Assembly: GCF_001194135.2 (NCBI RefSeq)
Contig: NC_068999.1
Coordinates: 47,798,000 to 47,844,744 of the forward strand
Reading direction: 5' to 3'
DNA length: 46,745 nt
DNA from: Octopus bimaculoides
Taxonomy: Eukaryota
A program made the translations under genes and the position numbers. The notes beneath the pieces are model-generated. The model was not told the DNA's origin. It ran no database searches and saw only the letters and a program-made list of their open reading frames with translations. Below are positions 22,259 to 33,340 of the stretch, piece after piece; the first letter of the stretch is position 1; the number at the start of each line of letters is the position of its first letter.

Positions 22259-23505
22259 AAAATTACTCGCAATTTATCAGATGCAGCTATGCATTATTAA
22301 CTAGCTAGAGGTGTCCCCTTGGGGTTAAAAAATCGCAGTAGTCCTTTTGAACGGACAGTCATGTTAAAGTTGCTACGAATATTACTTGTTTTATATATAT
22401 ATATATATATATCGTAAAATATATTCACCAACTTAATGTGGCAGTCCCACAGAGGACGATGTTACTGTTGTTTTTAGCCCCAGGAAGACCTCTCCTTCAG
22501 CTGACTAATCAGACAGACAGTGCCACATTTAGTTGGCAAATATATTTTACTATTCCGTACTGTTACTGTTTGCCTCTCACTCAGAGATTTAATATAGCTT
22601 ATATATATATATGTATATACACACACAAAGATGAAGACAGTGCTCCAGTTGGACCAGGCACCTAAAATCTAATGTCAAAGGTACCAGCCTTGTCACACTG
22701 TACCTCCCTAAGAACTACATTAAGGGTACCCATGTCTGTGGAGTGCTCGGTCACTTGCATGTTAATTTCATGAGCAGGCTTGCAGGATTGCCAGTTACAT
22801 GTGCATGTAGTAAGTTGGTGTTAACAAATCCATGTGAAATAACACAAATTTAAATTATATCATCATTCTTTCATCTGTGATATTAAAGTATGAAGTTTCA
22901 GGATGTCTACCAACCTATAAAGAACTACAATGAACTTTTGCTTACCTGATTTTCCTTTTTTTTCTGCTTAAATATATTTATACTTACTTCTCTATAACTA
23001 TTTTATAAATGCTTTGGTGCAACTGTCTGCCCATCATTTATTTTAATATACATACATACATGTGCATATATTATATCCCATCATCCACATTTAATGCTTG
23101 TTTTCCATACTGGCATGGGTTGGACGACTCGACAAGAACTGGCAAAGGCAGGGCCCACACAAGGTTCCATAGTTTGTTTTGGCTTAGTTTCTATGACTGG
23201 TTGCCCTTCCTAATGCCAACCACTTTACAGAATGTACTGTGGGTATTCATGTGGCACCAGAACCCACACCAATGCTTTTTAAATGATACCTTGGTTTTAG
23301 GATCTCAACTGTTATGGTGGGTGGATCTTCTTGAGTATAGTAGTGCACCACACATCGCAGTCCTCTGTCACCTCCTTTGTAAGGCTCAACGTTTTGAGGT
23401 TGGCTTTCAAAACTTCATCCTATTTTTTCCTGGGTCTCTTCCACAACTTCCCTATATTACCATTTAATGTCCTTTCTTCCATACACACACATATATATAT
23501 ATACA

Positions 23506-23745
23506 CAGGGTGGTCCAAGTAGGTTTACAGTTATTCAACTATCTCTTTCGCATTCATATATTAACAGTTTAGATCTTAATTATAAAAAAATATGAAACCA
23601 TTATTCAGCAAGATGGAGCACCTCTACATTATGCATTAGTAAGAGACTACCTTAACCAAGCCTTACCACAATGTTGGTTTGGAAGACGGGGCAGTATCAA
23701 ATGGCCACCACATTCACCTGACCCGACACCAATGGATTTATCTTA
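23506..23745 (+). mobile_element. Tc1/mariner remnant with TIR and DDE fragment
   Basis: TIR CAGGGTGGTCCAAGTAGGTTTACAG, then QQDGAPLHYALVRDYLNQALPQCWFGRRGSIKWPPHSPDPTPMD (QQDGAP..H and WP..SPDL.P.D motifs). Confidence 0.85.
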
Positions 23746-25100
23746 ATTCCAGATTTACCTTGTTTTCAATGAAAAGATTTGTATCAATATTAATAAACAC
23801 AATCATCTTAAGAAAGAATTAAAATGGTGTCCTCACTGGTCGGANNNNNNNNNNNNNNNNNNNNNNNNNNNNNNNNNNNNNNNNNNNNNNNNNNNNNNNN
23901 NNNNNNNNNNNNNNNNNNNNNNNNNNNNNNNNNNNNNNNNNNNNNNNNNNNNNNNNNNNNNNNNNNNNNNNNNNNNNNNNNNNNNNNNNNNNNNNNNNNN
24001 NNNNNNNNNNNNNNNNNNNNNNNNNNNNNNNNNNNNNNNNNNNNNNNNNNNNNNNNNNNNNNNNNNNNNNNNNNNNNNNNNNNNNNNNNNNNNNNNNNNN
24101 NNNNNNNNNNNNNNNNNNNNNNNNNNNNNNNNNNNNNNNNNNNNNNNNNNNNNNNNNNNNNNNNNNNNNNNNNNNNNNNNNNNNNNNNNNNNNNNNNNNN
24201 NNNNNNNNNNNNNNNNNNNNNNNNNNNNNNNNNNNNNNNNNNNNNNNNNNNNNNNNNNNNNNNNNNNNNNNNNNNNNNNNNNNNNNNNNNNNNNNNNNNN
24301 NNNNNNNNNNNNNNNNNNNNNNNNNNNNNNNNNNNNNNNNNNNNNNNNNNNNNNNNNNNNNNNNNNNNNNNNNNNNNNNNNNNNNNNNNNNNNNNNNNNN
24401 NNNNNNNNNNNNNNNNNNNNNNNNNNNNNNNNNNNNNNNNNNNNNNNNNNNNNNNNNNNNNNNNNNNNNNNNNNNNNNNNNNNNNNNNNNNNNNNNNNNN
24501 NNNNNNNNNNNNNNNNNNNNNNNNNNNNNNNNNNNNNNNNNNNNNNNNNNNNNNNNNNNNNNNNNNNNNNNNNNNNNNNNNNNNNNNNNNNNNNNNNNNN
24601 NNNNNNNNNNNNNNNNNNNNNNNNNNNNNNNNNNNNNNNNNNNNNNNNNNNNNNNNNNNNNNNNNNNNNNNNNNNNNNNNNNNNNNNNNNNNNNNNNNNN
24701 NNNNNNNNNNNNNNNNNNNNNNNNNNNNNNNNNNNNNNNNNNNNNNNNNNNNNNNGGGGGGGGGGGTAAAACCCTGTAGTTATGCCTATTTTAAGTCATT
24801 TTATTGCCATTAATTATTGTAGAGTCATAAAATAAATAATTATTTCACAGGAAGCAAAATAGTCGAACCATGTCTCTTTAAAAGGCTCAGTAAATGTATA
24901 CGAAATTGGTAATTTTTGGTAAAAATTACCGTAAAAAACCAAACAAGATTTAAACAAAGCAATCTCCTATCTTAAAGTGCAATTCAACGAGAAATAAAAT
25001 TTGAAGATGAAAATTAAAAATAAAGAACGGAAACTGAAATACACGAAAAGTCTGGCAAATTGTGTATTTCCTGCCCTCGAAGTGTAGTATATGATTAAAT

Positions 25101-25134
25101 GGGGCGAATGCAGTATCGAAACTGCATTCGCTCC
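25101..25134. mobile_element. 34-bp TIR-only mini-element with perfect 8-bp TSD
   Basis: GGGGCGAATGCAGT-ATCGAA-ACTGCATTCGCTCC, flanked on both sides by GATTAAAT (25093-25100, 25135-25142). Same TIR family as 27893-28034. Confidence 0.75.
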
Positions 25135-26146
25135 GATTAAATCACTTATAACTATTAATTCTATATCAACAACTGAAACTATTTACTGTCAACGATTTAA
25201 ACTATTCAGAAATTCAAGTAACCTTTCAATAATTCTATTACATTAGGGAATGTTATTTTGTATAGGCCGAAAACGGGTGGTGTGCGTATCCTTTACCTTC
25301 GCCTCAACCCTAACCGCCGAAAACGGGTGGCGTGTTGTATTCTTTAACTTCGCCAAATCACTTTTATAAATGTAACATCTATTTCGTTGTTTTTGTTTCC
25401 GTGCCGGTTTTTGCCGGGGAATCTCAACATCCGGTTGAATCGCACGTTAAAATCGATTTATCAACCGTTTTACAGCAACGTTTTTTTTTTTGTTATTTAC
25501 TTGTTTTCAGTAATTGGAGTGCGGTCATACTGGGGCACCGCCTTGAAGGGTTTAGTCGAACAAATCTACCCCAGTACTTATTTTTTTAAAGGCTGGTATT
25601 TATTCTACCGATATCTATTGCTGAAAAGCTAAGTTACGGGAACACATATATGACGAGCTTCTTTCAGTTTCAGTCTATCAAATCCATTCACAAGGCTTTG
25701 ATCGGCCCGGGGCTGTAGTAGAAGACACTAGTCCAATGTGCCACGCAGTGGGACTGAACCCGCAATTACGTGGTTGGAGAGCAAACTTCTTACTACATAG
25801 CCATGCCTACGTCTATAATATGTACATTAGAAAGATAAGAATAAAGCATTTAACACAAAGAAGGCTTGCCTACAATTTTAACAAAAGAACCAAAACACGT
25901 TTAAGAATAATATCGACCTACCTCTTGAAAATTATTTTAAAATAAAATACAGCAAAAACAGGAGGGAAAGAAATGATGTTTTCAATGACAACTTGGTATT
26001 TATTGATCGGAATGCAGGCGAATAAGCAGTAGAAAAAAACATTACTGAAACTACTTTTCGCCTTCAGTTCTATAATGATGTGAAATCGAAACACATTCAG
26101 TCATTCTTAGTTTAAAAAATACAAAAATAAGAGTCAACAGTTCTAT

Positions 26147-26905
26147 TCACTCTTCTCCGTCGTCGTCTGCAACCCTGAGGAAGTTCTTGGCAGCGGTTTC
26201 AGCTTCTTCTAAAATATGTGTTGGTACAAGTTCATGTTTTCCACCAGTGTGTTCTCCAACCCAACTTAATTCCAATTCAAAAGCTTTGTCTTTGATTTCG
26301 TCGTGGACAACATGAATGATTTTAGCTACTTCTTTCACTACTTCAGTAATAGGCATATCCTTGGTCTTCAGCTTTTCGATTTCGGTTTTGGCTGTCTGGC
26401 GAGCTTTACCGATGGCGCAGCCGTAATATCCCCAAGATACACCGGAGGGATCGATCATGTAAAGTTGAGGATTACCTTGTTCATACGAGCCCATAATCAT
26501 ACTGACACCGAACGGACGCATGGAGCTGTATAGAGTGTAAGCATGGACGTACATGGAAACTCTGTTGGTAAGATACTTCAGTGGAATCGACTCTCCGTAG
26601 TTGTAACGATAATTAGCAGCTTCTTCACGAGATGTCTTAATTACATGACGAGCATCAGCTAACAGACCAGCAACTGCAGCACCAATGTGTGTATCAATGT
26701 TGAATATTCTCTTATTTGCTCCCACTTCGTACAATTTGGACCGCACAAGTTTCTCAACGCCGAACACAACACCGTCTTTGCCGCGAATGCCGATGGCCGT
26801 GCCGCTGTTCTCTACCGCTTTTTGGGCATATTCCACTTGGAATACACGCCCATCGGGTGAGAACTGCGATGCAGATAAGTCATAACCAGTACCGATGGAA
26901 CTCAT
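26147..26905 (-). CDS. PSMA3: Proteasome subunit alpha type-3 (alpha7), intronless, 252 aa
   Basis: [27 protein letters not shown] start, [49 protein letters not shown] and an acidic tail. True start is Met14 of the ORF track entry. AATAAA on the minus strand at 26004-25999. Confidence 0.97.
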   Translation of the reverse strand: MSSIGTGYDLSASQFSPDGRVFQVEYAQKAVENSGTAIGIRGKDGVVFGVEKLVRSKLYEVGANKRIFNIDTHIGAAVAGLLADARHVIKTSREEAANYRYNYGESIPLKYLTNRVSMYVHAYTLYSSMRPFGVSMIMGSYEQGNPQLYMIDPSGVSWGYYGCAIGKARQTAKTEIEKLKTKDMPITEVVKEVAKIIHVVHDEIKDKAFELELSWVGEHTGGKHELVPTHILEEAETAAKNFLRVADDDGEE

Positions 26906-26978
26906 TAGAAAGTAAATATGTACAAACCCAAGAAACAGCTTCACTGACGAACGTTAACAAAACTGCTTTATCACTTTG

Positions 26979-26989
26979 AAATGGCGGCT
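26979..26989. promoter_or_regulatory. YY1-type motif (GCCGCCATTT on the minus strand) about 75 bp upstream of the PSMA3 ATG
   Basis: Matches the CCGCCATNTT consensus common near housekeeping gene transcription starts. Confidence 0.4.
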
Positions 26990-27062
26990 GATATGAATAA
27001 TCTCCCTTCAACGTTGAAGATCAACAAAATATGACTAGCTTCCCTCCCTTCTCTCTTTTACT

Positions 27063-27413
27063 GTTGTTGTGTTGGCACTCCGTCGCTTACGACGTCGAGG
27101 GTCCCAGTTGATCCGATCAACGGAACAGCCTGCTCGTGTACCCTTAACGTGTACCCTTAACGTAGTTCTCGGAGGATATTCAGTGTGACAAGGCTGACCC
27201 TTTGAATTACAGGCACAACAGAAACAGGAAGAAAGAGTGAGAGAAAGTTGTGGTTAAAGAGTACAGCAGGGTTCGCCACCATCCCCTGCTGGAGCCTCGT
27301 GGAGCTTTAGGTGTTTTCGCTCAATAAACACTCACAACGCCCGGTCTGAGAATCGAAACCGCGATCCTATGACCGCGAGTCCGCTGCCCTAACCACTGGG
27401 CTATTGCGCCGCC
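27063..27413 (-). mobile_element. SINE family C copy upstream of PSMA3
   Basis: Near-identical to 14917-15287, with two small internal rearrangements. Confidence 0.85.
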
Positions 27414-27892
27414 ACTCTCTTTTACTATGACAGTTAAAAACGTAGATCCTTTCCACAAAACCTAATAAACTTACTGTTTGATATTGATGACCATGGTATG
27501 GTAAATCGAATCTTGTCAAGAACCGAGTATGCGAAGCAGTTTCTATTTTCGATCGACGCAAATTTACTTCCATGAGAAAAACCAAGAAAGTTCCACTGAC
27601 CCAGGCAACTGATTCATCGCTTAACCGACTGATTAAGCGAGCGATTTGTTGGTTCTTTAATCCTTTAGCATTCATATTATTTTGACTCCTGCAATGTTTA
27701 TTTATTCTCATTGTTTTGAATTAATCAGGTTATTACCTTTGTAGCTTTTAGATTTCAGTGATGTCATTGTTTATTATTAGACTGACATTGTAGGGTAGGT
27801 GTGAAAGGCCAGATCTAACCAGTTTGAGCATAAAACAGGTAGAATATTTTGGCCAGGTAAAACCGGTTTATATACGAAAGGATTAAATAACT

Positions 27893-28034
27893 GGGGCTAA
27901 TGCAGTTTCGCACCTTTCATTGAAAAATGCATTTAAAAATTTTTTTTTTTCGGATTCCTACGTTTTAGGTGACGGAGATTACGAATATGCAAAAACAGTT
28001 TAAAAAAATAGAGGTGCGAAACTGCATTAGCCCC
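27893..28034. mobile_element. MITE with 23-bp perfect TIRs and 8-bp TSD (Merlin- or MULE-like)
   Basis: GGGGCTAATGCAGTTTCGCACCT (27893-27915) / AGGTGCGAAACTGCATTAGCCCC (28012-28034). AAATAACT on both flanks. The internal segment resembles 2140-2200. Confidence 0.85.
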
Positions 28035-28888
28035 AAATAACTAACCTAATTAACTAATAATAAAGAAGTGAAATGAAACCAGTGCGTGTGTTTATTATTG
28101 GCATAATGACCGGTGGTCTGTCCAACCGTCATCAGCAGTGGGAGTTGTTCTGGTAACGAGGATATCTATTTTGTCTCATTAATCCTACCTCTTTCCCTTT
28201 CCAAAAGATAGTACCAACAGGACCTGTCTCTTGGGCAAGTGTCTTCTACTTTAGCCTCGACCGACCAAAGCCCCGTGAGTGGATTTGGTAGACGGATACT
28301 AAGAGAAGCCCGCCGTGTGTGTAAATATATATATATATATATGTGTGTGTATGTATATACGTGTGTGTGTGTGATCGCGCTTGACAACCGGTTTTGGTTT
28401 CTTTGTTTCCTCGTAACTTAGCAGCTCGCCGAAGGGACCGATAGAATAAGTACCAGGCTTAAAAATAAGTCCTAGAGTTGATTCATGCGACTAAAATTCT
28501 TCAAGGCCTCATCATGATCGTAGTCAAATGATTGAAACAAATAAAGATACTTTTATTGATGGCTTTCCTGCTTCGGGATTCAATGTTCCGAAAGCAAAAA
28601 AGCAAAAAGAATCATTGCTTGTCTTTTATTTCGTAATTGACTTAACTACAAACACTTTTAACACAAAAAAGCAACATATCAGGTGTTACAGGAACCAATA
28701 TGAGACAGAAAAGAGAATTGGTATATGTTAGTTCTTTTATTTTTTTTCATGCATTTGTAAATTCAATATGGCTGCTGTTGAGATATATTCCCATGTTATC
28801 TGTGTGTATATGTATATCTATGTAGTGTTATAATAAACTACTGACTCTTCCTGGCACAGGTTTTAGCTTCACGTCCAACACGCTGCAA

Positions 28889-28967
28889 ATGGGATCTTCA
28901 TCTCATAAAATTTGTATTACATTTGGGCTTCTTGTTTTAGCTCATGCTGCCTATTCGGCTGCTCAAC
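28889..28967 (+). CDS. MMGT1: ER membrane protein complex subunit 5 / MMGT1, exon 1
   Basis: MGSSSHKICITFGLLVLAHAAYSAAQ-H (human ..LFALAHAAFSAAQH). Donor C|GTAAGT, phase 1. Confidence 0.93.
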
Positions 28968-29531
28968 GTAAGTGCATAACATTATTTTAAATCTTTTTAT
29001 TATTTAAATTCTTAAACTATGGCTAAATATATTCAAAACAGTTTTATTAAATTTGAACGATGCTTCCTTTTTTATTCATCGCCCCGAGCACTTGTTCTTC
29101 AATATTTTAACTGAAATATATATATACTTAATATTAAATACTGGTATTATAAGTTAACGATGGGGGAAATAAAATAAAAACTAAATATATTTTTCCCCTC
29201 GAAAGTGGTTGTGACTACTCAGTTTTGAAGATACAGCTGTTCCCCTAAGACAAAGCAGAAGTGATAGATATTTTAGGGAAGAAATTCAGATTAATAATAT
29301 AATACCTGTAGTATTAGTAATAAAAATATATATACGTTTAGTGTCAGCTGTCAGAAAAAGAGTACTCTGTATATGAGATTAATTATATATTTAATTTTGG
29401 TCGTATTAGTCTCTTGCTATTACACCTGTAGGTGCAAGGATCTTCGAAATTCAGAGTAGCAAGAGACTGACTCGACCAAAATAATATATAGATAGATAAT
29501 GTATATAAATATGTGTGTGTGTGTGTATACA

Positions 29532-29737
29532 CACGAGGGGGTGCTGCAAAATTCCCGGCTTTGAGTAAAAGAAAACGCAGGTGGATCAGTTAATTATGAT
29601 TTTATTCAACGTATTCCCTTCTCAGATTCACACACTTATTGCAGCGGTCCTTCAGTTTAAGCTCTGTAAAAGAACTCGGAAGGTTGAGCCGCCAACCAGA
29701 TCTTTCGTAACACCCTTAAAGCCAGCAACTTTTCAGC
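29532..29737. mobile_element. Mariner-type element end, truncated by a gap
   Basis: CACGAGGGGGTGCTGCAAAATTCC terminus typical of mariner TIRs, following a TA/CA microsatellite. Confidence 0.6.
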
Positions 29738-31771
29738 NNNNNNNNNNNNNNNNNNNNNNNNNNNNNNNNNNNNNNNNNNNNNNNNNNNNNNNNNNNNNNN
29801 NNNNNNNNNNNNNNNNNNNNNNNNNNNNNNNNNNNNNNNNNNNNNNNNNNNNNNNNNNNNNNNNNNNNNNNNNNNNNNNNNNNNNNNNNNNNNNNNNNNN
29901 NNNNNNNNNNNNNNNNNNNNNTTTTTATTTATATCCCTTCGCATTAATATTGCTTTGTGTTGGATTTTGTTTTTATAAAATTCTGTTCATTGATTTACTA
30001 TAATAATTGTACACACATTTTGACAATATTCGAATATAAACAATATTCCAAATATGGAATCGTTGAGTGCTACGTTATTCGTGTTGTTACGGTTTCGTTG
30101 TAAGCTGCATTGCTTTCACATAATTTGTTGGTAAACGAAAAAAATGTTTAGGAAAAGACTCAATTTTGGGCAGGAAACAAAACTCACGGAAAAAAAAAAA
30201 AAATTCTTTCACGGTCCCAAAATCAGGGGCTGGAAGTTAGAGATAATGAAAACAATCGATAGATTTAAAAATGGAGAAAATAAATAATTTGATAACATCA
30301 GCTACGAAAGATTAACAACATTAACGAAAAAAATAACAACTATTTATTTATTTAGAATATATAGATACTAATTGGATATAATTTAAAATAGAAGGCGTGG
30401 TTGTGTGGTAAGAAGCTTGCTTCTCAACCGCATGGTCTCGGATTCAGTCTCACTGCGTGACACCTTGGGTAAGTGCCTTCTACTATAGCCTCGGTCCAAC
30501 CAAAGCCTTGTGAGTGGATTTGGTAGACGGAAATTGAAAGAAGCCCATCGTATATATGTATATGTATATATTTGTGTGAGTATGTCTTTGTCTGTGTTTG
30601 TCCCCCCCCCCCCCAAGCTTGATAACCGGTGTTGGTGTGTTTATGTCTCCGTAACTTAACAGCTGCATAAAGAAGTACAATTGCTTAAAGTGGATAGAAC
30701 TTGCAGGAGAGGGAGACTCAGGAATATATGGAATGCAGTGAATGCTGATTGCAAAATGCTGACCCTTATGGAGGAGATGACAAAGGACTGAGATGATTTA
30801 TAACTTGCTGTACTCAAAAAGGCTGTCCATCATAGCAGAAATGATATTCTAAAACCACTTTGGTTATGTTTGCATGTGTGGGGGCCTTGTCCCTGCTTTT
30901 ACACTCTCCCTGCTCTGCCAATCACAACCTTTTCTGCCTTCATCTATTGCTCTCTTCTGCTATACTTCATTCTTAACTGCTCTCGTACCTGTTATCACTT
31001 ACCATAACCTCCATGAGCTACTCCTATATCTCTTACCATCACTCATTACACGTACCTCAACCCCCATCTTTCCTTTCTATCCCACCCCTAAACAATCTAC
31101 TGTATCTTGAAATCTTCCAGCATTCCACCACCAATTCCATCTTCTTTCAAACTTTCCCACTACTCAGCCTAGTATCTCTATTACAAGCCACCTGGGCTTG
31201 TTTTTCTGTCACATTCTAGTCTCTCAATGCCTAGCATAGAACCATTGCCCCTCCTCCATATAATCCTCCTCCCCTTTTATTCCTTCTTCTTCCTTGCTTT
31301 GCAAGTTATTTGGCAACCTCACTAATGCTGGTGGCATGAAAAAGCAACTAGTACACTCTTTAAAGTTAGCATTAGGAAGAGTATCCAGCCATAGAAACCA
31401 TATCTAAGCTGACATTAGATCTTTGCAGGATCTTGTCAAACCAGCCAGCCCATGCCAGCATAGAAAACGGACATTAAATGATGATGGATGATAAGTGCAT
31501 GTTGAATACGAAAAATACTTTGTAAAATTTAGTTTTCTTAGCTGTTGGGGAAGTGGTTTGAACTGACCTTTTAGGATCTTTTTGTAAATTTACACAAAAT
31601 GATGTGAACTGTGTTGGTCTTAAGAAATTAATCTTAATACAGATAGATTTTTAAAATGTTTAATATAAATCAAGTTTGTGGAAATTTTCAATGGATTTTA
31701 AGATTTTATTTTATTGATAAAAGTTTCTCCTGAGAATTTAATGATGTATATATATCTTCATATGATTTCAG

Positions 31772-31824
31772 ATCGGGCATATCTACGTTTGATTAAAAAT
31801 GACTTTACTCGATTACCATTGGAT
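31772..31824 (+). CDS. MMGT1: MMGT1/EMC5 exon 2
   Basis: TTTCAG|AT CGG.. gives H-RAYLRLIKNDFTRLPLD. Donor GAT|GTAAGT, phase 0. Confidence 0.92.
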
Positions 31825-32266
31825 GTAAGTAATGATTTAAATTATCTAAAAGTAGACTCTCTTAATGTGTGTGTGTGTGTTAGAAATCTATTGTTACTGT
31901 TTACATTTTAACATGTTAACCACCACATGTACAATGGATGGTTCATCACAAACTTCACATAACCACCATATGCTCCACCAGTGGTACATTTTCATAATTT
32001 GAGAAAATATTTTATTCTGTATCTTGACATGGTTTTGAGGATATTTAAATAACATGAATGTTAAGTATTAAAGTTTAATTGCAAAATAATGTGAAAATGC
32101 AAAAAATTTACATTTTCTTCTAATTAAACATTATGCAATGTGATGTGGCACCACTGGTGAGTTCCAGTAACAAGCTGATGTAGTTAACGTGGTGAAGCCA
32201 TTGAAACATTTGTTTGAAGAATGGGATTAAATGTTGTTTCTTTATGTTTTTGTTTTTATTTCTTAG

Positions 32267-32370
32267 ATTTTAGTCCAGTGTCTGGTCAGTTTGTTAATCA
32301 TTTGTTATGGTGTTGTGCATATTGCTGGTGCCTTTAAAGAAATTCAGTCAAGTGCTGAACTAGAAAATAA
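32267..32370 (+). CDS. MMGT1: MMGT1/EMC5 exon 3
   Basis: TTCTTAG| ILVQCLVSLLIICYGVVHIAGAFKEIQSSAELEN-K (human IVLQTLL..CYGIVHIAGEFK). Donor AA|GTAAGT, phase 2. Confidence 0.93.
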
Positions 32371-33267
32371 GTAAGTATTTCACTGGTTTTAGCAACCATT
32401 TGAAAAATACTGTCTGACTGTTAAAAAAGAATGAATTTTTTAAAAATCATATTATTGCCTCAACTTTTAAAAATTATGTTTTCCATTAATATCAAATTTA
32501 ATGAATATAATACATGTTGGTCAACAGAATATTTGCTTGTAGCATAGAAAAAATTTCAATTCTCTAATGATTATTTCAAATTTTGGTAGAGTGCCAGCAA
32601 TGACCTCGATACTTGACTGGTACTTTATTTTATGAAAGGGCAAGCCTAATTAATTACCTGGCATTGCTTGGAAGTTTAAAAAATGTTAAAGAAAATAAAT
32701 ATATTTATTCTGATAAAAAAAATATTTTCAGAAAAATTCTATCAGATGATGTGAGTATAGACAAAGTTATTAAAACAAATCCTGAAATCAATCAGTTTAA
32801 TTTTGTAAAACTTCTAATTATACAATGTTTTCAGTGTCCTGAAAGGATGAAAGGCAATGTTGAGCTTGGCAGCATTTGAACTCAGAATATAAAAAGAAAT
32901 ACAACTAATCATTTCAACTGACATGCTAACAATTCTGCCAGCTCACTGATTTGATAATAACCCTTTCTACTGAAGGTACAAAACCTAAAATCTGAGATGA
33001 GAGGGCTTGTTGATTATATTGACTTCAGGGTTCAACTGGTGCTTATTTTGTTGATCCCAAAAGGTTGAAAGGCAAAGTTGACCTCAACAGCATCTGCTAA
33101 CAATTCTATCTGCTCACTGTAATAGTAATAATAATAATAATAGGAGCATGCGAACAATAATGGTTATGCCTATAATAATTGGTGTGCTTGAATCGGTAAG
33201 CTAAGATATAGACAAATGGTTGAGCAAAAATGTCTAAAGCATTATCTTTTTTTTTCTTTTTTGCCAG

Positions 33268-33340
33268 AAACTGGGAGATGTTGAGTAACCGACAATCTTT
33301 CTGTAGCTTCAACCACAGAGGGAAAGCTTTATTTGCTTGA
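33268..33340 (+). CDS. MMGT1: MMGT1/EMC5 exon 4 (terminal); full protein 102 aa
   Basis: TTTTTGCCAG|A AAC.. gives K-NWEMLSNRQSFCSFNHRGKALFA* (human NHPSFYVFNHRGRVLF). Confidence 0.92.

Noticed and set aside
21901-22272. ORFs rich in Y/I/C/V/H/T (also 221-409, 3796-4386, 19405-19632)
   Set aside because: Translations of dinucleotide and tetranucleotide microsatellites.
25266-25345. Repeat-spacer-like duplication GCCGAAAACGGGTGG (period 51)
   Set aside because: Only two units in a eukaryotic context, next to an AACCCTAA motif of common dispersed repeats; not a CRISPR array.
26303-26979. Plus-strand ORFs overlapping PSMA3
   Set aside because: Antisense shadows of a conserved CDS.
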